Positions 1 through 8,422 of a stretch of DNA of 64,000 bases are shown here, piece by piece. Positions within the stretch are counted from its first letter, which is position 1; each line of letters starts with the position of its first letter. Source of the DNA: a virus. Taxonomy: Duplodnaviria > Caudoviricetes. The notes beneath the pieces were generated by a model. That model did not search any database and was not told the origin of the DNA. It saw only the letters and a list, made by a program, of their open reading frames with translations. The position numbers were made by a program, and so were the translations under genes. The stretch is from positions 408-64,407 of IMG/VR virus record IMGVR_UViG_2857096214_000002; one strand, 5' to 3'.

Positions 1-10
1 GAGGGAGAGC

Positions 11-493
11 TTGGTGAGCGGGATTCCTGGGGAGAGCATGAGCGCGGCGGCGGCCGTGGATGCGCTTCTGGCTGCCGTTGAGACGGAAGAGGAGGGTGAG
101 ATCCTGCGGGATCTCCTCGTGCGGACTGACCTGATCAAGGAATGCACGAAGTGCGACGAAGTGCATCGGCAAGCAGGTCAGTTGTGCATCTCGTGCCAGT
201 CCGCGTCGAACCGTGAGGCGCCGCTGTCGGATGACACCCGCTGGAGCCTCGCATTCGGCGAGGCGGGGGTTGGCGACGTGCATACGTGGGCTCTGCGCAT
301 CGGCGAAGGTTCCGCGGCCCTCGTTCAGGCGATCAACGTGACGCTTGACCCGGAGGACTTGGGCGGAGCACAGAAGTGGGCTGCCGGTCTTCTGGCGAAG
401 AAGCTGGAGCTGATCATCGTGGACTGGGCACCGAAGGCCGCCGAGGCGGGGGCAGAACCCGATCAGTGGATTGCCGTCATGCAGACCGACTGA
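11..493 (+). CDS. hypothetical protein with CxxC...CxxC motif
   Basis: 160-aa ORF, two CxxC pairs (CTKC, CISC), followed by a hairpin terminator; start uncertain (ATG at 38 has a GGGGAGAG SD). Confidence 0.55.
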   Translation: MVSGIPGESMSAAAAVDALLAAVETEEEGEILRDLLVRTDLIKECTKCDEVHRQAGQLCISCQSASNREAPLSDDTRWSLAFGEAGVGDVHTWALRIGEGSAALVQAINVTLDPEDLGGAQKWAAGLLAKKLELIIVDWAPKAAEAGAEPDQWIAVMQTD

Positions 494-507
494 TCGCAAG
501 AGCCACC

Positions 508-531
508 AGACCCCGCTTCAGCGGGGTTTTC
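508..531 (+). terminator. intrinsic terminator
   Basis: ACCCCGC-TTCA-GCGGGGT stem followed by TTT, just after the stop at 493. Confidence 0.6.
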
Positions 532-602
532 GCATTTCAAGGGGCGTTGTCAGTGACCCCTGGTAGACCACTAACTCCAAGCAGAGAGAGAGGGAGTTCG
601 AC

Positions 603-968
603 ATGGCACGTCTGACGGTGACCGGGTGGCGCGGTGTGGAGGGGGAGGAGGCTGAGGAGTTCTCGCCCTGGTACTTCGACACGGAGAACGTCCGGGTGAA
701 GGTCGAGAACGAGACGGACCTGGACGGTCAGAGCAACAACGTCTCCAGGACCACCGGTGACGAGTTCAGCCGCGAGACGCTGTACGTGACGGCCAAGGGC
801 CGGCTCGCCGTGCGCTTCACCTCGCAGTGGCAGGGCCAGCCGGACCAGGTGGAGCAGTTGGAGGTCAAGCATGCCGTGGACTGGCTGGTCCGCAACGGCT
901 CGGACCCGTCGGAGTACGAGGGGATGCCGGAGGAAGTGGTGAAGGAGTACCAGAGCCGCGAGGGCTGA
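603..968 (+). CDS. hypothetical protein
   Basis: Strong SD (AGGGAG), high-GC3 codon usage, terminator downstream. Confidence 0.65.
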   Translation: MARLTVTGWRGVEGEEAEEFSPWYFDTENVRVKVENETDLDGQSNNVSRTTGDEFSRETLYVTAKGRLAVRFTSQWQGQPDQVEQLEVKHAVDWLVRNGSDPSEYEGMPEEVVKEYQSREG

Positions 969-986
969 TACCGCGGCCGATTTCTT

Positions 987-1020
987 AGGGCCCCGCTCCC
1001 GTGTGGAGTCGGGGCCTTTT
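987..1020 (+). terminator. intrinsic terminator
   Basis: GGCCCCG-CTCC...GGAG-T-CGGGGCC stem followed by TTTT. Confidence 0.55.
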
Positions 1021-1050
1021 GCATGCCCGAAAACAGGGAGGGAGGTCGGC

Positions 1051-1446
1051 GTGGCCGACGACGAAGTGAGGAAACCGCACGGGCTGATGGGGTACGCCAC
1101 GTGCTTGCACGACCCGCGGTGGGACGACAACGAGTTCGTGCAGAACGTGGGCCATGCGCTGGCCGGCCTGGTCCCGCTGAGGATGTCCGAGCTGAGCAGC
1201 GCGGGTGAGGCCGAACTGATGGCGCTGGCCCAGGGGGCGGCGAAGACCATCACGGAGAAGGGCGATGTCTTCCAGTTCCAGGCGGATCAGCGGCGTAAGG
1301 GCTGGAAGCCGAGCGGTGTGCTGAGCGCACTGGTGAACGCGTACGCGGTCCTGGCCCTGAACTCCCCGGATGAGGGGGTCACGTTCTTCGCGTTCCACTG
1401 CTGTTTCTGGGAGCACGAGGGCTGCCCGAAGAACAACGACCGGTAG
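1051..1446 (+). CDS. hypothetical protein
   Basis: GGGAGGGAGG SD before GTG at 1051; coding-like codon usage. Confidence 0.6.
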   Translation: MADDEVRKPHGLMGYATCLHDPRWDDNEFVQNVGHALAGLVPLRMSELSSAGEAELMALAQGAAKTITEKGDVFQFQADQRRKGWKPSGVLSALVNAYAVLALNSPDEGVTFFAFHCCFWEHEGCPKNNDR

Positions 1447-1516
1447 TCGCGCCGGTCGCCATCTGGTCCCCGTTTCCGGTTGGGAGGCGGGGCTTTGTCG
1501 TGTCTGGAGGCAGGCA

Positions 1517-1726
1517 GTGGTGGGGGTCGTTCTGGAGTTCCTGGGGACCGTTGTGGGGTTCATGTTCCACAGCACGGTCTCGACGGTGGTCACCGCGGCG
1601 GTTGTGTCCGCGGGGTGCCTGTGGTTCGCCCACTGGCTGATGTCCGAGCCGGAGCCGAGGCGCGCGAAGCGAGCGAAGCGGCGCCGGCGACGGCACAAGG
1701 GTCGTTCCGGGCCTTGGGCAGGGTGA
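1517..1726 (+). CDS. small membrane protein with basic tail
   Basis: GGAGG SD, hydrophobic stretch then RRAKRAKRRRRR; converges on the 1732 gene. Confidence 0.45.
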   Translation: MVGVVLEFLGTVVGFMFHSTVSTVVTAAVVSAGCLWFAHWLMSEPEPRRAKRAKRRRRRHKGRSGPWAG

Positions 1727-1731
1727 GGGGG

Positions 1732-3243
1732 TTACTCCTTCGGCGCGGGCTCCTCGACGACTTCGGCGTCCATGATGCCCAGTTGGCTGAGGGCGTCTTC
1801 GGTTGACACTGTCCCGGCCGGCGAGAGGGCGGGGGGCCCATCGGAGCGTGATCCGAAGAGGCGGGAGATGATTCCGACCTCGTTGGTGGCCGCCCCCTCT
1901 CCTCGGCCGGCCATCTTCATCGAGAACGTAAATCCCGCCTCCTCGATGTCCGCCTTGAGCTTCACGTATTTGGCGAGTCGATCCATCTCGCCGGAAAGGT
2001 TCGGGTCCGCGTATCCGCCTTCTACCTCCTCTGACATGCGCATAGAGAAAACGCGCATGGCTTGCATGGTGATAAGTGAGTCGAGCAGGGCGATGTACTG
2101 CTCTTTGGTTTTGACCCTGACTGGCATCTCGTAGACGCAGGACTCCCCGGGCTGGTACTCGGGGCATTTTTTGGCGAGGAAGCACCCGTCGCAGACCCGG
2201 ATGTTGGGGTCGACGGCGTTGATGCGGTGTTCGGTGCGCGTCTTTCGTTCCCCGGTTTCGGGGTCGGTGTAGCGGTGGACGAACTCCTCGGTGGCGATGC
2301 CGGGGAGGAGCTTCTTCACTCGTTCGGTGGGGGGTTGAGTTGCTACCTCGTTCCCGGTTTCTGGGCGGATCGCCGTAACTGATGCGAGGTGCCTTTCCCC
2401 GTTTCGGGGTGTGGCCTGTTCGGGGGTGGGAGTTACTGCGTCTCCGTGGCGCTGTGAAATGTGCGCGATCTGGTGCTGCCAGGACCACAGGCTGAGGCGG
2501 AGGTTCTCGGTGGCGTCGTCGGCTTCGATCTTGTCGATGTCGAAGCCGGCGCCGGTGATGAGAGTGCGGTGCCTCTTGCGGGCCTGGCCCTTGTAGCGGG
2601 TGGGATAGCGCTTCATCTCGGAGCCGGCCCAGATGAAGGTCTCTCCGTGCTGTGCGGCGCTGAGCCAGGTGGTGGAAGAGACGGAGTACCAGTCCGCGGA
2701 GAGCATGAGGGGTGGGCTGGAGAAGCCCATGCCGTGCAGTCGGATGGTGCGGCTGATAGAGCGCAGCAGAGGGACGATGTCCCGGTCGCCGACGGTGGCC
2801 TGGCCGACGGCGATGTAGGGGTACTGGTTGGCCATCTGCTTGAGGGCGTCGATGCCCCACTCTTCATGCCAGACGACGATGGCCTTGTCGGTGTCGAGGT
2901 GCTGCCGGCGGGCTTCGATCCAGTCGCGGCCCATGGGCAATGCGTCGAATTCGGTGTATGCCTGGGTGCGGTCCAGGTTCTGTTCCACGAACGCGTCGTA
3001 GTGGTCGGCGATTTCCTGGATTTCCTCGGGTGTGACCTCGACGCCGGGCCGGTTGAGGGTGTGACAGCCACTGTCTAGAAATACGGACTGCTCCGGGGGG
3101 TAGTGGTCGTTGATGAGCCAGGGCTTGGAGAACTTGACCCGTCGGCGCAGTCCCATGTAGCTCATGCCGACGTGGGGGACCTTTTCGGTGGTGAGCAGGT
3201 TGCGGTGGGAGGGGATTTCCGCGCCCGCGAAGTAGAAGATCAC
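1732..3243 (-). CDS. TGT/DpdA-like (queuine tRNA-ribosyltransferase fold) protein with C-terminal Cys cluster
   Basis: Motifs VFLDSG, RLHGMG and YSVSSTTW resemble phage DpdA/TGT-like proteins; C-terminal CDGC-x5-C-x8-C. Confidence 0.55.
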   Translation of the reverse strand: MIFYFAGAEIPSHRNLLTTEKVPHVGMSYMGLRRRVKFSKPWLINDHYPPEQSVFLDSGCHTLNRPGVEVTPEEIQEIADHYDAFVEQNLDRTQAYTEFDALPMGRDWIEARRQHLDTDKAIVVWHEEWGIDALKQMANQYPYIAVGQATVGDRDIVPLLRSISRTIRLHGMGFSSPPLMLSADWYSVSSTTWLSAAQHGETFIWAGSEMKRYPTRYKGQARKRHRTLITGAGFDIDKIEADDATENLRLSLWSWQHQIAHISQRHGDAVTPTPEQATPRNGERHLASVTAIRPETGNEVATQPPTERVKKLLPGIATEEFVHRYTDPETGERKTRTEHRINAVDPNIRVCDGCFLAKKCPEYQPGESCVYEMPVRVKTKEQYIALLDSLITMQAMRVFSMRMSEEVEGGYADPNLSGEMDRLAKYVKLKADIEEAGFTFSMKMAGRGEGAATNEVGIISRLFGSRSDGPPALSPAGTVSTEDALSQLGIMDAEVVEEPAPKE

Positions 3244-3437
3244 GGGGCGTCCTCGAAAATCGCGTCCATGAAGGTGGAGCGCCGGAAGTGGATGTTGTCC
3301 TGGGCGAACATGGAGGCCAGGCCGGCGGCGACTTCACGCACGGTCTGGGTCCGTGTCGGTTGTCGCTTGCCTTTGGGCGGCAGGGCCGCGCGCAGGACGG
3401 CGGCGGCTTCGCGGTAGTGCTTGCGCGACATGCTCAT
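3240..3437 (-). CDS. hypothetical protein
   Basis: Translationally coupled to both neighbours by 4-bp overlaps. Confidence 0.6.
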   Translation of the reverse strand: MSMSRKHYREAAAVLRAALPPKGKRQPTRTQTVREVAAGLASMFAQDNIHFRRSTFMDAIFEDAP

Positions 3438-3706
3438 TCGGCGTCGGCCTCACGGCTGTCGATGAGGGTGACGACGGTGGCGCCGTTGTGGCCGTGGATG
3501 GCTACGACGTCGTCGATGGAGTCGTAGATGGCGGTCGACTTGGTGCCGGTGTTCCAGCGCATCGCTACGGTGCCGTCGGGGAAGATCACGCCGCCGGCCA
3601 CAGTGCCTTCTCCGCTGACGCCCGTGATGTCCTCGTGGCGGTCGAGGTGGAAGCGCACGAGGTCGGTGTCGCTTCGTACGAGGTACTGGGTGTGCTGGGT
3701 GGTCAT
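3434..3706 (-). CDS. conserved phage hypothetical protein
   Basis: RxEDxTGVSGxGxVAxGVxFxDG motif seen in actinophage small proteins; ATG coupled to upstream stop. Confidence 0.65.
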   Translation of the reverse strand: MTTQHTQYLVRSDTDLVRFHLDRHEDITGVSGEGTVAGGVIFPDGTVAMRWNTGTKSTAIYDSIDDVVAIHGHNGATVVTLIDSREADAE

Positions 3707-4170
3707 GGCTGCTCCGTGCGGTGGGGGGTGAGGCGGAGTTCGGTCTGCCGCTCGACGGCCTCGGTGAGGTCGTCCCAGGGGCGTGGCGTGCCGGGGTAGT
3801 CGGGCCGCCACTGGGGCTGGCTGTATGCGGCGTGTGTGATGACCGCGGTGTTCCAGCCGGCGTCAAGCTCGGCGGCGGCGCAGGTGGGGTCTGGTTCGAG
3901 AACCAGGCCCACGCGCCAGGACCGCAGGCGTTCGAGGGCTTCGAGGCGGCCGGCCGGCCCGGCAGCGGGCTGGTGGATGTAGTTGATGTGGCCGCGGAGT
4001 TCGCGTTTGGCGAGCCAGAGCCGGGACTGCTCTTCCGTCCAGACGGCGGACAGCAGGTAGAGGCGTGTGTTCTTCGCCAGGGCCTGGTAGAGGCTCCAGC
4101 CGGTGTCGTAGTGGCCCTCGCCCTCGGGGGTACGCAGGATGCCTTCGACGACCATGACGGCGGCGAGCAC
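3703..4170 (-). CDS. hypothetical protein, degenerate HAD-like fold
   Basis: VMVVEGIL...RLYLLS...WL pattern resembles a HAD core lacking the DxD motif. Confidence 0.45.
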   Translation of the reverse strand: MLAAVMVVEGILRTPEGEGHYDTGWSLYQALAKNTRLYLLSAVWTEEQSRLWLAKRELRGHINYIHQPAAGPAGRLEALERLRSWRVGLVLEPDPTCAAAELDAGWNTAVITHAAYSQPQWRPDYPGTPRPWDDLTEAVERQTELRLTPHRTEQP

Positions 4171-4178
4171 GGCTGGGC

Positions 4179-4472
4179 CTAGAGCTTGAGTCGGTCGGCG
4201 AGGGACTGATGTTGGGCGGCCTGCTGCATCTGCGCGGTGACGGCCATCAGCTGGTGTGCAGTGATCGCGGCTTGCTTGCTGGCCTCGATGTCGCTGACGA
4301 CCTCGCTCGCGCCGAACTTCATCTCGATGACGCTCGCGGTGTGCTCGGGGTTGACGGCCGTGCTCAGGTCGCTCACCGCTTCCCATTCGCCGTTCTCGTG
4401 CTGGACGACGACAAACGCGGTGCGGCACTTGATCGGCTTGCGGCCGGTGTCGGTGGGCACGTCGAGAGGCAT
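4179..4472 (-). CDS. hypothetical protein
   Basis: AGGAG SD before ATG at 4472. Confidence 0.6.
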   Translation of the reverse strand: MPLDVPTDTGRKPIKCRTAFVVVQHENGEWEAVSDLSTAVNPEHTASVIEMKFGASEVVSDIEASKQAAITAHQLMAVTAQMQQAAQHQSLADRLKL

Positions 4473-4480
4473 GGGTGCTC

Positions 4481-4723
4481 CTAGCTGATTGCGTCTGGAA
4501 TTCGGTGCGGGTTCGTTTCCGTGCACTGGCAGCCGTCGACCGGGCTCCAGGAGGGGCACGTGTCGAAAAGGCCGGCGGTGTGACCGCAGGGCTCGTTCCA
4601 CCACTTCTCGTCGCAACCGCACTTGTCGTTGTTGTGCCAGCGCGGTACGGGTTGGTGGCAGCGTTCGCAGATGAGATAGGGGTTGGCGAACTGGACGTAC
4701 ACGTGGGTTCTGGTTCGGGTCAC
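4481..4723 (-). CDS. small Cys-rich (probable Zn-binding) protein
   Basis: AAGGAG SD; 8 Cys in 80 aa. Confidence 0.55.
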   Translation of the reverse strand: MTRTRTHVYVQFANPYLICERCHQPVPRWHNNDKCGCDEKWWNEPCGHTAGLFDTCPSWSPVDGCQCTETNPHRIPDAIS

Positions 4724-4733
4724 CTGCGCTCCT

Positions 4734-5207
4734 TTAGAACCTGAAGGGTGAGTCCTGCTTTTCGAGGCGTTTGGCTGCTCGCCGTTCGCGGTCGCGGGCT
4801 CGGATGCAGGTGATGCATTCACGCCGGCCGGAGTGCCAGCGGGTGTTTTCCTCGGTGTATTCGTGGCCTTTGGGGCAGTGGGTTTTGCGTGCGTTGCGGG
4901 CGGAGAAGGATTCGCCGCGGGCTACGTTCTCTGTGGCCGGGACCGGTTCGAGATGGTCGGGGTTGCAGCAGGCGCGAATGCGGCAGCGGTGGTCGACGTG
5001 CCAGCCGGGCGGGACGATCTTTTGGTTGGCGAGTTCCCAGGCGATGATGTGGGTGCCCTTTGTGTGGCCGTTGGGGAGGCGGAATTTCCCGTAGCCGTAG
5101 TCGTCCTTGGCGCCTTGCCAGATGTGGCAGTCGTCGTATTCGGTGCCCTTGTCGACCTTGTCGAAGAATCGCTTCTCCCAGTCGCGCCCGGTCGGCCGGC
5201 GACTCAT
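4734..5207 (-). CDS. HNH endonuclease
   Basis: CHIWQG...GYG, VDHRCRIRACCNPDHLEPV...EN, C-terminal KTHCPKGHEYTEEN. Confidence 0.9.
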   Translation of the reverse strand: MSRRPTGRDWEKRFFDKVDKGTEYDDCHIWQGAKDDYGYGKFRLPNGHTKGTHIIAWELANQKIVPPGWHVDHRCRIRACCNPDHLEPVPATENVARGESFSARNARKTHCPKGHEYTEENTRWHSGRRECITCIRARDRERRAAKRLEKQDSPFRF

Positions 5208-5719
5208 TCGTACAGTCCCAGCTTGTGCCGCACCTTCTGCTCGTTGACGGAGCGGATGGGGCAGTAGTCACAGAGGTAGCGCTGGCCGGCGGGGTTGGAC
5301 TTGTCCCACTTCGGCAATCCTTCGGACTTCCGGGCGGCGGCAGTGGGAGGCGTCAGGAGCTTCTTGTCCGAATGGAAGTCGGCGCACGTCTCCGGCCGGT
5401 GGCGAGAGCGCCAGCACTGCATTGCATCGGCCTTGAGCGTGTCGACGGCCTGGTAGACCCAGGGCTCCAGGCCGGTAGCGCCCTCTTCCTGCCATACGCG
5501 CTTGAGGATTTCCTCACGGATCTCGGATGAGGAATGCCAGCGGTCCTCGTCTACGCCGTCGATCGGGTAGAGCCGGCCGAAGTGTCGCTCCCCGTTAGGG
5601 TAGGCGTGCTTGGCTGCGGAGTATTCGAGGACCGTGTCTCCGCGAGGGTCCCCCTCATAGGCGGGAAGGACTTCTGTGGTGTGGCAATCCCTGCACAGGA
5701 GAAGGCGGATCTGCGTCAT
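5204..5719 (-). CDS. hypothetical protein with CxxC motifs
   Basis: CRDC, CDYCP; coupled to the HNH gene. Confidence 0.6.
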   Translation of the reverse strand: MTQIRLLLCRDCHTTEVLPAYEGDPRGDTVLEYSAAKHAYPNGERHFGRLYPIDGVDEDRWHSSSEIREEILKRVWQEEGATGLEPWVYQAVDTLKADAMQCWRSRHRPETCADFHSDKKLLTPPTAAARKSEGLPKWDKSNPAGQRYLCDYCPIRSVNEQKVRHKLGLYE

Positions 5720-5728
5720 GTGTGGACG

Positions 5729-6397
5729 CTAATACCACCCATTTTTCTGCCAGAAATACCAGGCATCGCACGGGCTTCCGTACCTGGAGTTCATATAAGA
5801 AATCCCCCACCGCATTTGCGTGAGGGGGTTCGTTCGCCAGTCGCTGCCGGCTGACTCCATCTTCGATCCGGGCAGGGCCTGGAAGAGGCCGTAGGCGCCG
5901 GAGCTGGAGTTTGTGGCGAAGGGGTCCCAGCTACTTTCCCTGTAGACCACGTTGCTCAGGCACGAGTACTGGGCGGAGGACATTCGCGAGCGGGCGTAGC
6001 TCCTGGCGCCGATGAGTGTGGGCGCGGCCTTGAGGGCTGGGCGGGCGCCGGAGCGGCTGACGCGTTTCGCGACCGTGGCGGTGACGGTGGGCCGGGGGCT
6101 CGGGCGGGTGGCCGGCGGCTTGTGTTGAGGCGGGGCTGTGGTCTTGCTCGGGGCGGGGGCCTTGGCGGTGGCCTGGTGCCTTAGCGAGCTAACGACGTGG
6201 AGGGGGCTGTCGAGCAGGACACGGAGCGGAGCCGGTGTCGGCGCGATTCGGCCTCGCCGTTCGGGCGGCTTGGTGATGGTGGGGTCCGCGTCAGCGGATC
6301 TGACCAGTGCGAGCGGGATGAGGAGAACGGCTGTCGCGAGGACTGCGGAGATGCGCCAGGCGTGCCAGGAGATATCGGGGATCTTGGGCCGGGACAC
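5729..6397 (-). CDS. secreted lytic transglycosylase (SLT/lysozyme-like)
   Basis: N-terminal signal/TM segment, Pro/Ala linker, RESSW...SSGAYGLFQALPGSKM...RYGSPCDAW. Confidence 0.85.
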   Translation of the reverse strand: MSRPKIPDISWHAWRISAVLATAVLLIPLALVRSADADPTITKPPERRGRIAPTPAPLRVLLDSPLHVVSSLRHQATAKAPAPSKTTAPPQHKPPATRPSPRPTVTATVAKRVSRSGARPALKAAPTLIGARSYARSRMSSAQYSCLSNVVYRESSWDPFATNSSSGAYGLFQALPGSKMESAGSDWRTNPLTQMRWGISYMNSRYGSPCDAWYFWQKNGWY

Positions 6398-6479
6398 GAT
6401 GGGCCTTTCAACGGGGACATGACCCCGGCCATCCCACGGGCGTTCCGGCGTCGGTCACCCTAAAGGCCCGAAAAATGGT

Positions 6480-6770
6480 TCAGGTAGTCGGCCTGGTCGG
6501 CGGCTTGCCCCAGGGAGTCACCGTCGGATCGGGCTGGGGGTAGGTGGGCGGCCTGGCCAGTCCCAGCAACCAGCCGAAGGAGGGGTGGACCTTGGCCTCC
6601 AGCAGGCGGAAGACGCCGTAGTAGACGAGGGCGAACAGGCCCACGAGGGCCTGGGAGAGGGCCTGTTCATCGACGTGGATGTAGATGCGAGCGAGGAGCG
6701 CTACCACCCAGCCGACGATGAGAGGGACCGTGGTGCGCCAGAGGCCGCACAAGACGTCGTAGACGGTCAT
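6480..6770 (-). CDS. putative holin
   Basis: Two TM segments, directly downstream of the endolysin; RTxVP and GWLLG motifs typical of actinophage holins. Confidence 0.7.
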   Translation of the reverse strand: MTVYDVLCGLWRTTVPLIVGWVVALLARIYIHVDEQALSQALVGLFALVYYGVFRLLEAKVHPSFGWLLGLARPPTYPQPDPTVTPWGKPPTRPTT

Positions 6771-6772
6771 TT

Positions 6773-7540
6773 CTAGGCGACTTTCTTTTCCAGAGCCGCG
6801 ATCCGCGCGCCTTGCGCCGCGACGAGCTTTTCAAGGGCTGCCACCCGCGAGTCGATGGTGGGCGTCGGAGTGGGCGTGGGTGTGGGCGTGGGTGTGGGGG
6901 GTGCGGGGGACCAGTTCGCGGCGTGGTTGAGGCGCTCGGCGACGCGGGTACGGATGGAGGCCATCGTGAACCCCCTGGGGTCCGACTTCTGGTTCGACCA
7001 TTCCAGGTGTCCGATGACGCTCTTGTCGTGCCAGCCGTGGGCCCGGCAGATTGCGGCGGTGGCCCGCACGATGGACTCGATCTGCTTGGCCGGCCAGGGG
7101 TCCTGGCCGTTGCCGAGGTTTTCGCACTCGAAGCCGTAGAAGTGGCTGTTGCCGTCGACTGCGCCGGAGTCGCCCTGGCCGTAGTGAGTGGTGGGCGGGT
7201 TGGTGGTGTAGTTCTCGGCGATGACGGCCTGGAGGACGTTGTTGTCGCCGCCGCCGGCGTGATTGGCACGGCCGTATCCGACGAGGTAGATCACGCCGTC
7301 CTTGCCGATGACGCCGTGACACAGCGGGCCGGGCAGGGCGGTGTACCCGTCGCGGCAGATGGTGACCGTGTTCGAGGTGCCGGAGGTGACGGTGTGGTGG
7401 ACGATGACGCCGTTGACGGGGCCCCACGCCCCCTTGCTGTTGCGGTTGTGGGTGCGCCAGGAGCCGACCTCGACGACCGAAAGTCCTTCGGCTCTCAGGG
7501 CGTTGAGGAATGCGGCTGCGGTCAGGGGGGTGGCCATCAC
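6773..7540 (-). CDS. endolysin, N-acetylmuramoyl-L-alanine amidase (Amidase_2)
   Basis: GVIVHHT, GPLCH, GRANHAG, YGFECEN, VIGHLEW...KSDP; PT-repeat linker. Confidence 0.9.
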   Translation of the reverse strand: MMATPLTAAAFLNALRAEGLSVVEVGSWRTHNRNSKGAWGPVNGVIVHHTVTSGTSNTVTICRDGYTALPGPLCHGVIGKDGVIYLVGYGRANHAGGGDNNVLQAVIAENYTTNPPTTHYGQGDSGAVDGNSHFYGFECENLGNGQDPWPAKQIESIVRATAAICRAHGWHDKSVIGHLEWSNQKSDPRGFTMASIRTRVAERLNHAANWSPAPPTPTPTPTPTPTPTIDSRVAALEKLVAAQGARIAALEKKVA

Positions 7541-8100
7541 TCACGCTCCTCTTGCTTGCGTGTGCCGGGTACCGGCCGCATGAAGAAGGGCGGCTGGTAG
7601 AAATGTCCCGGATAACCGACCTTCATTTGGCGGGAGTTGTACAGGTCCACGAACTCGCGGCGCTGGTCCTCGGACAGGTGCTGAAAGTAGAACTTCGCTT
7701 CCGTGTGGGCGCCTTCGAGCTGGGCGACCTGCAATTCGTACGCGGTCTCCAGCGCGGCCTTCGCCTGCTCCGGTGTCTCACCCCGCTTGCTGGCGGTCGC
7801 CTGGATTTCCTCGGGGCTGAAGCCGGCCATCCAGCGTTCCTTGCGCTGGGCCTTCTCCTCGTCGGTGAGAGGGCGGGAGAGGTAGACCTTGTAGGTTTTG
7901 TCGGTCGGCCCGACGATCCACCCTTCGCGCACCAGGGCCATGAATTTGTCCGGGTGTAGAGAGCCGCAGAACGAACAGGACAGGCCCACGCTGTCCTGCC
8001 CGATCACTCCGTGGCCGGTGGTCCAGGAGTCCAGTCCTTCCTCCCGTTCCCACGGGCCCATCTCGTGAGTGCGGCGTGGGCATGTCTGAGCGGTGGTCAT
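7537..8100 (-). CDS. hypothetical protein
   Basis: CSFCGSLHP motif; coupled overlaps with neighbours. Confidence 0.65.
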   Translation of the reverse strand: MTTAQTCPRRTHEMGPWEREEGLDSWTTGHGVIGQDSVGLSCSFCGSLHPDKFMALVREGWIVGPTDKTYKVYLSRPLTDEEKAQRKERWMAGFSPEEIQATASKRGETPEQAKAALETAYELQVAQLEGAHTEAKFYFQHLSEDQRREFVDLYNSRQMKVGYPGHFYQPPFFMRPVPGTRKQEERE

Positions 8101-8408
8101 CAGGTCAGCTCCGGCCAGGTCCACTGGCCTACGTCAGGGCCTTCCTTGCGGGAGGTGGCCCAGTAGGTGTCGTTGCCGTCGAGGCTGACTTGCAAGTTGA
8201 CACCGTCCTCGGGTTTGCCCCAGATACGGACGATGACGGCGGGCAGGATCTGGCCCTCGGCGGCGTGGTTGCCGGCGTGAACGATGAAGCCGGTATGACC
8301 GTGGGAGGCGCCGGACGTCGCGCCGTCGCCGCGGCGCCGGTTGATGCACTCCGCGTCGTCTGCACTGAGGCGGTAGTGCACGGTCCGGCCGATGGTGGGG
8401 GTGGCCAC
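8100..8408 (-). CDS. conserved phage hypothetical protein
   Basis: PTIGRTVHY...PAVIVR...VNLQV.LDG...W.WP motif; GGGAG SD. Confidence 0.7.
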   Translation of the reverse strand: MATPTIGRTVHYRLSADDAECINRRRGDGATSGASHGHTGFIVHAGNHAAEGQILPAVIVRIWGKPEDGVNLQVSLDGNDTYWATSRKEGPDVGQWTWPELT

Positions 8409-8422
8409 GGTGTGTTCGCTCC

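Noticed and set aside
4734-5207. HNH gene as part of an intron or intein
   Set aside because: Flanking genes appear intact and coupled; it looks free-standing.
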